From a virus (Duplodnaviria; Caudoviricetes), in IMG/VR virus record IMGVR_UViG_3300010352_002811, positions 1 to 64,000 of that record: a stretch of DNA of 64,000 nucleotides. One strand, 5' to 3'. The notes beneath the pieces are model-generated. The model made no database searches, was not told the DNA's origin, and saw only the letters and a list, made by a program, of their open reading frames with translations. This document shows positions 50,031-59,852 of the stretch, one piece after another. The position numbers and the translations under genes are program-made. Numbering within the stretch: position 1 is the stretch's first letter; each line of letters begins with the position of its first letter.

Positions 50031-50903
50031 ATGAAGTTTAAGAATTTTTATTTGACTGAGTCTTTGGAAAAAGTATATCATGCTTTAGATGTTCATCAAA
50101 TGATTTCTATTTTGAAGAACAATTCATTAGAACTATCTCCAAATGTTTCAAAAGTTGAGACAGAGATGGGAGCTGATACATATTATTATTTGTCAACTAT
50201 GAGAAACAAATCAGGTTCATATTTCCTTGGGGTTTCTAAAAATACAAAATATCCAATGAAGGATGTTTATTTTGAAATTGATTATGATTATTTGAAATCA
50301 AAGATGAAATCTGCTCCAGTTGATTATTGGAAAGCTGGACGAAAAGACAGTGAAGAAGAGGAACGTTTTTGGTCAGATGAAGACCACATTTCGGATGTTT
50401 CTAAATTCATCAAAAAGATTAATGTGTTGCTGATGGATTCTTTGTCAGACGAAGCCCGAAAGAAGCATATTGTAAATTTATACTGGCAAGCTAAGATGCG
50501 AAACATTCCAATTTTCTTTTATGACAATCCTCAGAATTTTGTGCTTGGTAAGAAACCATTAGATTTAAATTTTGATAATGATTATAATTTTGAACACCCT
50601 AAATCAGAATATGTTAACGATTTAGACGCTATCAATAAACTTATGAATGATAAAAAATTGGATGGGAAAGAAGTTAAAAGATTGAAAGATGTTATGAGAT
50701 ATGATGTGTATCGTTCGGATTTTATTGGGGCATTAACTCGCGAAGTTCATGGTAGTAGGAAAATGTTAACATCTGTAAATCGCGAATATATTAAAGATTT
50801 TATTGATTTGATGAAGAAATATAAGAGAAAAACTGTAAAAGAATTTGTTGACAATGATGTTCTTGATAAAATGATTGAACGAAAACTTTTACATAGGAAA
50901 TAA
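50031..50903 (+). CDS. ART-fold-like protein with leader MKFKNFYLTE|S
   Basis: VYH...ILKNN, YLSTMR, EEEER pattern (H-S-E type); start reassigned to 50031. Confidence 0.6.
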   Translation: MKFKNFYLTESLEKVYHALDVHQMISILKNNSLELSPNVSKVETEMGADTYYYLSTMRNKSGSYFLGVSKNTKYPMKDVYFEIDYDYLKSKMKSAPVDYWKAGRKDSEEEERFWSDEDHISDVSKFIKKINVLLMDSLSDEARKKHIVNLYWQAKMRNIPIFFYDNPQNFVLGKKPLDLNFDNDYNFEHPKSEYVNDLDAINKLMNDKKLDGKEVKRLKDVMRYDVYRSDFIGALTREVHGSRKMLTSVNREYIKDFIDLMKKYKRKTVKEFVDNDVLDKMIERKLLHRK

Positions 50904-50905
50904 AG

Positions 50906-51835
50906 ATGGGATTCAAACAATTTTATCTTTTGGAGTCTGGACAAAAACTAATTGGTTACCATTCTACCAATTCTAAATTTGAAGCATTTGACCATAAGTT
51001 TACAGGCCATGTTGGATTTTATTTTACTCCAGAAAAATATTTTGAACATCCTGAACATAAAAATTCCACACTTGATTATTCTAAAGGTAAAAAGTACACG
51101 TTAAAATGCGAACTAGATATTAAAAATCCAATTCCTAATGACGTGTTTGTAGATGTCATGAACAAGGCTTTTGGTGGAAATCCTAGAAAAATGGCTATAG
51201 AACAATTCAAAAAACTTGGATATGACGGATATATTGCCAAAGCTCAAATTTGGGTGTTTGAACCAGAGCAGATTAAAATTGTAGATGCTGTTGATAATGA
51301 AATAAACGAAGCGCCAATTATTGATGACCGATATGGTGAAACAGCAAAAATGCCAATATATACAAAACCGGAAATTGGAGGATTCTATACAAAATATAAA
51401 GAATCAAAACTTTTTAAAAAAATAGATAATATTGAGATGCGAATGTTAGATTATATAAAAGATGAGATATATCTTTATTATGTTGTGAATGGAAAACCTG
51501 CCGCTGTTTTAGTTTACAAATTCCTTGATAAAAAAGCTAAAGATTTCAACAAATATCCGATGGTAGGATGGATGTACACAACTCCCGAATATTTGAAAAA
51601 AGGAATTCAACAAGAGCTTCATAATTTTCTAATGGCATATCATAAAGGCATTTTGGTTGATACTACATTATCCCCGGAAGGATTTAAGTTTTACAAGAAA
51701 TGGGCGGAACCATTTTACACATATTCTTTTGATAATGATGATACTTATAGCAAAATAAAAAAAGTTGATTGGAACAAAGTAAAAAGCAATCGTCATGAAA
51801 GATTTGTTATTCTTAAAAATGAGGTGGACGATTGA
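50906..51835 (+). CDS. ART-PolyVal-like + GNAT two-domain protein, leader MGFKQFYLLE|S
   Basis: YHST..F..F...GFYFT...IKNP...GYDG...VFEPEQIK; linker INE|A; MYTTPEYLKKGI...LSPEG. Confidence 0.72.
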   Translation: MGFKQFYLLESGQKLIGYHSTNSKFEAFDHKFTGHVGFYFTPEKYFEHPEHKNSTLDYSKGKKYTLKCELDIKNPIPNDVFVDVMNKAFGGNPRKMAIEQFKKLGYDGYIAKAQIWVFEPEQIKIVDAVDNEINEAPIIDDRYGETAKMPIYTKPEIGGFYTKYKESKLFKKIDNIEMRMLDYIKDEIYLYYVVNGKPAAVLVYKFLDKKAKDFNKYPMVGWMYTTPEYLKKGIQQELHNFLMAYHKGILVDTTLSPEGFKFYKKWAEPFYTYSFDNDDTYSKIKKVDWNKVKSNRHERFVILKNEVDD

Positions 51836-52140
51836 GTTTCAAGAAGCTTTATCTAACTGAATCGGAACAACCTCTTCAATTTTCATTATCAAAGAAATTG
51901 AAAGTTGAGAAATTCGAATTCAGAAAAGACGGAACAAACTTTATCATAAAAACGTTAACTCTTCCAGAAATTAATGTTAAGCTTGGAGATGGTGTTCGAG
52001 CAATGTTGGAAATTTATTCATATTGCGATAAAAAAGGTTATGATGTTGTTCTAGATTGTAATTATCAGCAGTTTGTAGATTCTGTTGGTTTAGATTATTA
52101 TGTTGAAGGAGTTAGAGTTCAAGTAGCGTTGGTTCTTTAA
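51832..52140 (+). CDS. Small GNAT-like protein, leader MSFKKLYLTE|S
   Basis: TTG start; LP....GDG..AM..I..YCDK.G..V.L. Confidence 0.5.
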   Translation: MSFKKLYLTESEQPLQFSLSKKLKVEKFEFRKDGTNFIIKTLTLPEINVKLGDGVRAMLEIYSYCDKKGYDVVLDCNYQQFVDSVGLDYYVEGVRVQVALVL

Positions 52141-52151
52141 TAAATAACTAT

Positions 52152-53102
52152 ATGAACTTCAAAACTTTTTATTTGACAGAATCTGAAAATACTCATCTTG
52201 GTTATAAAATTGTAAACTATGATGGAAAACAAGCATACTCAATCGCAGACAATAAAGTTAAATATTCTCTTAAAAAAGGAACAATTGAAACTGGGAAAAT
52301 ATATCTAGGAACCTCGGAGAAATACGCTCGAGCTTATTACTCAACAGAATCTTCAGACCCAGATGACCCACAAGAATTACTTTTGGTATATGAAATCAAT
52401 CCATCTGATATTATACAGGGAAATCTAGAAGACAAAGACCAACTGACAGGTGGTAGTGAAATTATAGTCAGAAAAGCAAAATTAAAATCTGCTTATAATA
52501 TCACGAAAAAAGAATATATTATTGAAATGCCATCTATTAACAAATCAAATTCTGGCTGGTCTGAGAGTCCTGATCATTGGTCCGGAATTCAAGATAGATA
52601 TAAATTAACAAAATTAGTCAAAGAATATAAAATTGGAAATACTGTATACCAGATACGTCAGAATAAAAGTAAAAATATTCTAGATGTATATTGTCTATCT
52701 TCAGAATTGTTATATGGAAATTCTAAAATAATTGGAGTTCTACAGTTAAATAAATTAGACACAGATGATAGTATAAAACTTAAACGATTGAAATATCCAA
52801 AAATTTCATGGGTTGCTGTTCGCCCGGAATATAGAAATAAAGGAATTGCTTCTGGATTATATATTTCTGCTATAGATTATTTCGGTGGCCTTGTTTCAGA
52901 TTCTTCTTTAACCAAACGCGATGATGGCTCAGGTTCATTAAATGTTTGGACGTCTCTTCAAAAATCAAAATATGTTTATGCTTTTGATGGTGACAATTTT
53001 AAAGAACTTGATTCGCATGATATTGGTTCAGACGAATATCACAAATCAGATATTCTATTTGTCGCGTCTGAAAATAAAATCAAAGGAGCTATAGAAGAAT
53101 GA
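52152..53102 (+). CDS. Two-domain protein (ART-like? + GNAT), leader MNFKTFYLTE|S
   Basis: GYKIV...IYLG...EIIV; linker IIE|M; VAVRPEYRNKGIASGLY...LVSD. Confidence 0.7.
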   Translation: MNFKTFYLTESENTHLGYKIVNYDGKQAYSIADNKVKYSLKKGTIETGKIYLGTSEKYARAYYSTESSDPDDPQELLLVYEINPSDIIQGNLEDKDQLTGGSEIIVRKAKLKSAYNITKKEYIIEMPSINKSNSGWSESPDHWSGIQDRYKLTKLVKEYKIGNTVYQIRQNKSKNILDVYCLSSELLYGNSKIIGVLQLNKLDTDDSIKLKRLKYPKISWVAVRPEYRNKGIASGLYISAIDYFGGLVSDSSLTKRDDGSGSLNVWTSLQKSKYVYAFDGDNFKELDSHDIGSDEYHKSDILFVASENKIKGAIEE

Positions 53103-54001
53103 GATTTTTAGAATTTTATCTATCAGAAGCCTCTCAAGAATATAACATTGCTAAGACCCTGGCTGAAAAATTATCAAAGTTATTAGATGAGATAGAATAT
53201 TCAGCAGAGAAGAATCCAGATTATCTTAAGAAATATAAATATAGTAATTCAGGACATTATCATATTCCATTAAAAGATTTTATAAAGAAAATAAACTTTC
53301 CAGAAGATTCGGTTTTTTCTCACTTGAAAGATGGGAAATTATATCTTGAATATGGATATCGTGATGATTCAACAACACCATACCTATTAGCGGTTACTAG
53401 AGAAGATGGACATACATATAGAACAAAAGCTGGAGCATACTTTGACCAAGACAAATATTTTCTTGGAATTCATTTACCATTTATTGACCCAAAAACCGAA
53501 CTTCCATATCAAGGATTTAGAACTCACTGGAAAAATCTTCTGATACATGAATTAACTCATTATATTCAAGATTCTAAAGATTCGTCTAAATATGGCACAT
53601 CAACATTATCATCAGAAGAATGGCATAAAGATAAAAAAGAACAAGAAGCGTATTTACATGAATTATACTCTCTATTTCAAAATTGGCTATCTGAAGAACT
53701 GTCAGACTTGAAGAATTTGCGAAATGATACAGAATACAAAAAATCTGATATTCCTGAGTATGTAAAAAAGAATAATAGATTGGTTGACTTATTTTCTTCA
53801 GAAGAGATGTTTGAACGAAAATATCCAGTTGGTGAGATTTTGTTAGATAATGATAAACAAAAGAGAAGAATAAATTATCTTGCCGGAAATTTGAAAGATG
53901 TTTACAAAAAGTTTATTCATGATACATATATTGAATTGAAAAAAGAATTCAGGAACGTTCTACCTACTAAGAAATTAAGTTATTCGGGAGTAAAGAAGTG
54001 A
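53099..54001 (+). CDS. Zincin-like metallopeptidase, leader MRFLEFYLSE|A
   Basis: LIHELTHYIQD ... EQEAY. Confidence 0.75.
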   Translation: MRFLEFYLSEASQEYNIAKTLAEKLSKLLDEIEYSAEKNPDYLKKYKYSNSGHYHIPLKDFIKKINFPEDSVFSHLKDGKLYLEYGYRDDSTTPYLLAVTREDGHTYRTKAGAYFDQDKYFLGIHLPFIDPKTELPYQGFRTHWKNLLIHELTHYIQDSKDSSKYGTSTLSSEEWHKDKKEQEAYLHELYSLFQNWLSEELSDLKNLRNDTEYKKSDIPEYVKKNNRLVDLFSSEEMFERKYPVGEILLDNDKQKRRINYLAGNLKDVYKKFIHDTYIELKKEFRNVLPTKKLSYSGVKK

Positions 54002-54684
54002 TGTTCAAAGATTTTTATTTTCTTGAAAGTCTCCAAATTTCTTTATCCAAAAAAGCTTGGGATAAGTTGTCTTCTGAAGCTCAACAAGCTATAATATCTT
54101 GGGAAGCTTCTAATTGGGTTGGTGGAACTTTAGAAAAACATATAAAGGCGAATGACTCTGTCGCAAAAGAAATAAAACAAGTAATGAAACCAATTCTAGA
54201 TTCTATAAAAGGTGATACCGTAACGCTTTATAGAGGGGCAACCAAGGAAATAATGGACGAACCAAGATTTTTACAGTCTTGGACTTCTTCAGAAAAAGTT
54301 GCGAAACATTTTGCCGGATTAAGTTCAAGTCAAACAAAAGATATTCCATTAACTTATCCAACATATACTCAAAAAGAAATTGATGATGTTGTTGAAAAAT
54401 TTAATAAAACAGGTTATGTTAAATTTGACAATCAATATTTTATAGTTGACAAAAAGAATCCAAAATATTACAACATATATGATAAAGAACGAAATCTTGT
54501 AACTGATAGCGAAACGAGCGAATTCAGAAATAACATAACTTCCAGTTATGATGAACGAATAGATTTGAACAATAAACGAACCAAAGACAAAGTCGTACTA
54601 AAACGAACATTTGATAAAAACAAAATCATCTGGATATCTAACAATCTAGATTCTAAAGAATATATTGTCAAGGTAGATGAATGA
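54001..54684 (+). CDS. R-S-E ADP-ribosyltransferase-like protein, leader MFKDFYFLE|S
   Basis: TLYRG, QSWTSS..VA..FA, C-terminal KEYIV. Confidence 0.7.
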   Translation: MFKDFYFLESLQISLSKKAWDKLSSEAQQAIISWEASNWVGGTLEKHIKANDSVAKEIKQVMKPILDSIKGDTVTLYRGATKEIMDEPRFLQSWTSSEKVAKHFAGLSSSQTKDIPLTYPTYTQKEIDDVVEKFNKTGYVKFDNQYFIVDKKNPKYYNIYDKERNLVTDSETSEFRNNITSSYDERIDLNNKRTKDKVVLKRTFDKNKIIWISNNLDSKEYIVKVDE

Positions 54685-54699
54685 CCCATAAATAGTTCT

Positions 54700-56211
54700 A
54701 TGAATAGTGACACTCTTTATAGAACGCTTTACCTACTTGAAAATGACATTGCTAGGCTGGACGAAGCATTAGACCAGCAAAAGATAGATTCATTAACATC
54801 TCTTCTTCCATCGGCTACAGCAGATTCAATTATTCAGCTTCATAAACAAAATAATGATAATGGTGTTATGTCTCAATTGAATTCATATCTAAGAACTGCG
54901 ATTGGTAAAAAGGCTTCGTCCATTGATGATGCTATAAAGATTTTGAAACAAGATAAGTCCGAAATCACTTCAATTACTAATATTTTACTTAGAGCATCAA
55001 TGCCAAAAGACCAAGTTGATAAAATGACAAGTGTTGAAAAAAGAAGAACTCTGAACACACTCGCAGAAAAAAGCGGAATTAGCACAAAAGGAAAACCCAC
55101 TGCTGAGGTAACAAGCGCGTTAAGTAATGTTCTTGCTGTTAAAAAGGCATCTCAAGATAAAACAACATCAGCTACAGGAGAATTTAATAGAACCAAAAAT
55201 GTTCAAGCAACTGAACCATTCCCCGGCAAGCGTCAAATTTTCATAAACAATTACAAAAAGACATTAGCTCTTGGATGGCCTGGAGAACCTATTAAAGTTA
55301 AAGGTGGAACCGCAGACAATCCCGAAATTGAGCAAACTGTTGGCAAATTAATTCCATTCAATGTTGGTGCTAAAATTGGAACAAAATTGACAAACGCAAT
55401 TCCAGGCACAAAAGTTCTTCCTCTCTGGATAAAAACTGCGAAGAATTTGGTTTATAATAAGTTCAAGCAAGACCCAACAGGTTTGAAGAAGTTGCTTGAC
55501 GCTGTAAATGATATAATTGAAAAGAATAAGCAGTACAAATTATCTAAGCGTGTTGGCTTTAGAGATGTTTTCAAATCTTTAGGAAATTCATTCTTAGCTA
55601 AGTTTGGTGCTAGTGATAAGGATTTGGCTGTATTTAATTGGCTCGTCACAAAAGCCGTTGGTATGGACATTTTTGAATTCCAGAAACTCATTCTCGAAGA
55701 AGTCATGTCAGCAATAGATATGACAGATGAACGACTTTTGAAAATGGAAAATGTTGCTAAAGGTTTGAAGAGAATGTTTGAAAGAGCCCCTGAAGCGAAT
55801 AAGTTTTCAATCTCTTCATTAAAATCATCTCAATCTTATGATGGTGGGTATAAAGTTTGGTATGTAATCAAATCAAATGTCAAACCTCCAACAACATCAA
55901 CAATTGCGAGCCCTATGGAATTTTATCTTAGAATGCTTGAAGAATATATTAAACTTCCTGCTGGTAAAAAGTGGACAGAAGTGCCATCTGAAAAAGATAT
56001 TAGAAATGAACAAATTAAATTGAGAGATTATAGCATTGGTCGCTCAAAAGAAAAATATTCTTATGATGATACTGAAGATGGTCCTTTGAGTTGTGTTGAT
56101 GAAGAGAAACAAGGAGACAAATTGATAGGAAAACAGTTTATGTACCCGGTCTTCTTGGAACGAAATGGCCTTTATATTTACGTAACATATAACCCGGAGA
56201 GAGAAGAATGA
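54700..56211 (+). CDS. Hypothetical late protein (..LYLLE|N, LDE|A)
   Basis: TAAATA 54689 five nt upstream of the ATG. Confidence 0.65.
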   Translation: MNSDTLYRTLYLLENDIARLDEALDQQKIDSLTSLLPSATADSIIQLHKQNNDNGVMSQLNSYLRTAIGKKASSIDDAIKILKQDKSEITSITNILLRASMPKDQVDKMTSVEKRRTLNTLAEKSGISTKGKPTAEVTSALSNVLAVKKASQDKTTSATGEFNRTKNVQATEPFPGKRQIFINNYKKTLALGWPGEPIKVKGGTADNPEIEQTVGKLIPFNVGAKIGTKLTNAIPGTKVLPLWIKTAKNLVYNKFKQDPTGLKKLLDAVNDIIEKNKQYKLSKRVGFRDVFKSLGNSFLAKFGASDKDLAVFNWLVTKAVGMDIFEFQKLILEEVMSAIDMTDERLLKMENVAKGLKRMFERAPEANKFSISSLKSSQSYDGGYKVWYVIKSNVKPPTTSTIASPMEFYLRMLEEYIKLPAGKKWTEVPSEKDIRNEQIKLRDYSIGRSKEKYSYDDTEDGPLSCVDEEKQGDKLIGKQFMYPVFLERNGLYIYVTYNPEREE

Positions 56212-56408
56212 AATTTAGCGAATATGTTGAAATGATTAATACCACTGAAGTTAATGAAGATGACAATCCACAGCAATTGGCTCAAATCAAAGCTATTGAC
56301 TCTCAGATTGATGCGAAGAAAAAGCAGATTGAATCTTTGAATAAGCAGCTCGCCCAATTGGTTCAGAAGAAAGCATCTCTTGGGGGAATGGTTGATAAGG
56401 AACTGTAA
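56208..56408 (+). CDS. Small coiled-coil protein, leader MKFSEY...VNE|D
   Basis: Leader motif; coupled ORF. Confidence 0.6.
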   Translation: MKFSEYVEMINTTEVNEDDNPQQLAQIKAIDSQIDAKKKQIESLNKQLAQLVQKKASLGGMVDKEL

Positions 56409-57532
56409 TGTTTTCTGACAGCTATCAGTTTTTATTCGAAGCTACTCCATTAAAAAATAAGGGATTTGTAACAGAAGCTCTTGTTGCTATTGCTATCTTT
56501 CTAAAATTTAAGAAACGCGGAGATAAAGTTTTTTACTCCGACATTGAAAAATATATCAAGTTTCTAAGAACAATTTATACTGTAGGCTCTTTGAAACAAA
56601 ATGGCGTCACAATTCATGAAAATTATGCCATGGTCAAAGATTCGGAAGATAAGAATATTAAAGATAAACTACGATTGAAAATAAAATTGATGAATCGGTC
56701 TTTGGAATATTTAATGGGCCATCCAGGAACTACAGAATTCGATCCTGAAAACCATCGTTATTCTCTTGATTTTGGAGAAGAAATGTATTCCGTCGCCGCA
56801 TTTGTTAACTCTGACCATGTTGCTAATTATGTTAAAAAGGTAATTACAAATAAAGAGAAAAATATTATTGAGATTGCTGCGGATGGATTATCAAATAACA
56901 ATTCTGTAAAAACTGATGTCTGGGTTGAAGTTGATGGCAAGAAAATCCCAATGTTTGACTTTTCTATTAAAACAAGAAACACTCAGCAATTGTCTCAACA
57001 TGATAACGCTGATAAAAAAGATAAGCAAATAAAGTTTTGGAATGACTTGTGCGGAATTGATGTTTCTTCGTATTTTAGAAAAACTGGAGCAGAATCTTTG
57101 GAAGATATAGATGATTACTTCAGGTACATTTGCTCAAAGATGGAAAAGCAGTTGACAACCCAGAGAGCGGATGCTACCTTTGTTACAAGATTGGCAGAAG
57201 GAATCAAAAATTCGGCCACTCTTGGAAATGACGTCATTCTGTTGTCGATAGATGGTACGACAAAAGGAAAATTCCGAACATTTGGTTTCAAGTCATTTGT
57301 CGAAGCATTGGTTGAAACAGGAATTGACTTGAGTTGTAAGATGTCTCCCGAAGTAAATAAAGAAGGTTCAAAATCAAAACAAACTTGGTTGAAAATCTAC
57401 GACAGTTCAGACGAATCACCCTCTGGAGTTCTTGTAAAGATTCGTTACAGGAGCGACAGAACCATGACCGCTATCACCATTGAAAAAGGACCACTGCTTG
57501 AACGACTCACGGAACTCATGCCAGCGTTTTGA
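56408..57532 (+). CDS. Putative PD-(D/E)XK nuclease-like protein, leader ..YQFLFE|A
   Basis: EALVA helix, KTDVWV...FSIK. Confidence 0.45.
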   Translation: MFSDSYQFLFEATPLKNKGFVTEALVAIAIFLKFKKRGDKVFYSDIEKYIKFLRTIYTVGSLKQNGVTIHENYAMVKDSEDKNIKDKLRLKIKLMNRSLEYLMGHPGTTEFDPENHRYSLDFGEEMYSVAAFVNSDHVANYVKKVITNKEKNIIEIAADGLSNNNSVKTDVWVEVDGKKIPMFDFSIKTRNTQQLSQHDNADKKDKQIKFWNDLCGIDVSSYFRKTGAESLEDIDDYFRYICSKMEKQLTTQRADATFVTRLAEGIKNSATLGNDVILLSIDGTTKGKFRTFGFKSFVEALVETGIDLSCKMSPEVNKEGSKSKQTWLKIYDSSDESPSGVLVKIRYRSDRTMTAITIEKGPLLERLTELMPAF

Positions 57533-57533
57533 T

Positions 57534-58025
57534 TTGATTGCCGCAATGACTTATGATAGAGTCATAGGTAATGGCTCCCAGCTTCCTTGGCACATTCCAG
57601 AAGAGCTAAAATTCTTCAAAGAAATGACGACCAACAAGACTCTTATCATGGGAGCGAATACACTAAAGTCAATTGGGAAAACTCTACCAAACAGAAATCA
57701 TGTTATCATTTCTTCAAAGCCTCAATCTGAATTTGATTCTTTTGGAAATGTTGCTGTGTGTAATGATATCAATTCAGCAATTACCAAGGCTAAATCTTTC
57801 AGAACAGATGTTTTTGTAGTTGGGGGTTTGAGTATTTACAAGCAATTTCTCGAAACAAATATCTGCGACTCTTTGATAATTTCATGGATTAAAGATAAGT
57901 ATGCTGGAGATGTTATTTTTCCCAATTTGATTCATTACCCATACAAGGTAGATTCTATTGTAAAAGAATCTTCCGAATTCATAACAATGAGATACATCCG
58001 AAATGATAATAAACATAGACGTTAA
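57534..58025 (+). CDS. folA: Dihydrofolate reductase
   Basis: IAA...VIG..LPWHIPEEL.FFK..T, MG, LPNR, VGG..IY; start uncertain (TTG 57534 or 57480). Confidence 0.93.
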   Translation: MIAAMTYDRVIGNGSQLPWHIPEELKFFKEMTTNKTLIMGANTLKSIGKTLPNRNHVIISSKPQSEFDSFGNVAVCNDINSAITKAKSFRTDVFVVGGLSIYKQFLETNICDSLIISWIKDKYAGDVIFPNLIHYPYKVDSIVKESSEFITMRYIRNDNKHRR

Positions 58026-58653
58026 AAATAGGAATGGCGAAGGAACTATAAAACTTCCCAGGTATTTGATTTCTGAAAAAGAACAACCAATCGGAGTTGT
58101 GTTTGGAAAGTTCTCGCCTTGGACTGGAGAAAATGGCCACGCACGTTTATTAAATTTGTTGAAGAAAAACGGTATTAATAAATTCTACATTGTATCTCCA
58201 AAGCGTGATGATAAGATTGCTGAAAAATACGACGCTAATATTTTTTCTCCAGAAGCAAGGAAGAAAATTGTAGAACGAGTTGTTACAGATGATGGCTTCC
58301 TTGGTTATATTCAAGCAGATTCAAATAACATAATGGGTGTGATTAAAGAACTTATTCATAAAATCAAACGCCCTGTATTTGTTGTTGGTCCTGATAGAGA
58401 AACAATGTTTGATAGGCACTTTGTTATTTTTGGACACGAACCTGTTAAAGATTCTAATAACAAGGATTTTGGAAAGCCGGAAGCACTTGTTTATACTGGA
58501 CCGAGAGAAGTTTCCGGAACTCTTGTTAGGAAATCTTTGGTTGAGAATGATTTTGAAACATTCACAGACTTGACGAAATATGATAAAGAAACATTTGAAT
58601 TTATGCGAAATCTGATGACAAAAAGTTTCAAGCAATTTTATGGAGGCAAATAA
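58003..58653 (+). CDS. HIGH-superfamily cytidylyltransferase-like protein
   Basis: FGKFSP....GH, VGPDR, VSGTLVR. Confidence 0.78.
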   Translation: MIINIDVKNRNGEGTIKLPRYLISEKEQPIGVVFGKFSPWTGENGHARLLNLLKKNGINKFYIVSPKRDDKIAEKYDANIFSPEARKKIVERVVTDDGFLGYIQADSNNIMGVIKELIHKIKRPVFVVGPDRETMFDRHFVIFGHEPVKDSNNKDFGKPEALVYTGPREVSGTLVRKSLVENDFETFTDLTKYDKETFEFMRNLMTKSFKQFYGGK

Positions 58654-59852
58654 TGGGCGGGAATCTTAAGATTGGAAACATTGCGGCTGACAAGCTTCAA
58701 ATCTCCGAAATGAATACGAAAGACGTTGATGATTTGAAAACCAGAATCAAGAATGGTCTCGTTGAATTTTTTAATAACATGTCAAATTTCAATCTGTTCT
58801 GGATGGATTACACAAAGCTAATTCAAAACAATGAAGTGTTTTCAGGTTCTTCAAAACATTTCTTCACCAAGGCCGTAAAAGAATTCTCAAAGGTTAAAAA
58901 GGCTATTGGTGATATTGACATCCAATTCCCGAACACTTATGAAAATGAATTGATTGAATATATTGAGAGAAGTTCGGGGTTAACATTTGGGGAATTGAAG
59001 CTTGTTGGTCTTGGTGGTCGTTCTCCAATTCAGACAAACACCCTGTTCACCGACATTCCTACAGGTTTGAATGTTCAGATTGATTTTGAGCCGATTGATT
59101 TCAAAAACAAAGTTCCTAGCCAGTTTGCCAAGTTTTCGCATTCATCGGACTGGAATGATTTGGAAGAAAGCATCAAGGGAGTGTTTCACAAATTCATGAT
59201 TCGGGCCTTGGTTGCTAGAGAACGAATATCAAACATCTATTTGGTCACTTCATACAATCCTAAAACTTTCAAGTGGCGAGTTTCTAAAAAAGAAGTAGAA
59301 GGAACAAACATTCAAGGATTCTCGGTGGACAAGGGAGTTCGGATTAAATATGAAAGAGCAAGAAATCGTCATGGAGCAGAATTCTTCGTATCTGAAAATG
59401 GAGATGAATTCCCAAGCAAAGAGAATGGCACAAAACCAGCATATATAGAAACTGACACTAAAACGTATGATTACATTAAAGATATCTCAAAAATTGCTAC
59501 AATATGCTTCGGTGTAGAGTTAAATGCTTCCGAACTTGATAAATTTGGTTCGTTTGTCGGATGCCTTGAATTGATTAACAAATATATTCCAAATGACACA
59601 GATTACATTGAGGAAGAGTTTTTCAATCATCTGTTCGGAAAGTCTGCTCAAGAAATCGAACAAGGTGAATTTGTTGATGGAATAAATGAGAATGATTTCT
59701 ACACAAAGTTCCGAGCATATAAGAAATTGATGAAAGAGTTATTTGGAATTGATGTGAATGACTTGAATGAAATTGAACCAGTAAGACTAAGCATTATTAA
59801 ACAATTCTATAAAAATCTAGAAAGTAAGAAAAATGGAACAGACAAAACGTAA
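58653..59852 (+). CDS. Pol-beta-superfamily nucleotidyltransferase
   Basis: MGGN start, GS...GDIDIQ, VQIDF, IKGVFHK. Confidence 0.75.
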   Translation: MGGNLKIGNIAADKLQISEMNTKDVDDLKTRIKNGLVEFFNNMSNFNLFWMDYTKLIQNNEVFSGSSKHFFTKAVKEFSKVKKAIGDIDIQFPNTYENELIEYIERSSGLTFGELKLVGLGGRSPIQTNTLFTDIPTGLNVQIDFEPIDFKNKVPSQFAKFSHSSDWNDLEESIKGVFHKFMIRALVARERISNIYLVTSYNPKTFKWRVSKKEVEGTNIQGFSVDKGVRIKYERARNRHGAEFFVSENGDEFPSKENGTKPAYIETDTKTYDYIKDISKIATICFGVELNASELDKFGSFVGCLELINKYIPNDTDYIEEEFFNHLFGKSAQEIEQGEFVDGINENDFYTKFRAYKKLMKELFGIDVNDLNEIEPVRLSIIKQFYKNLESKKNGTDKT

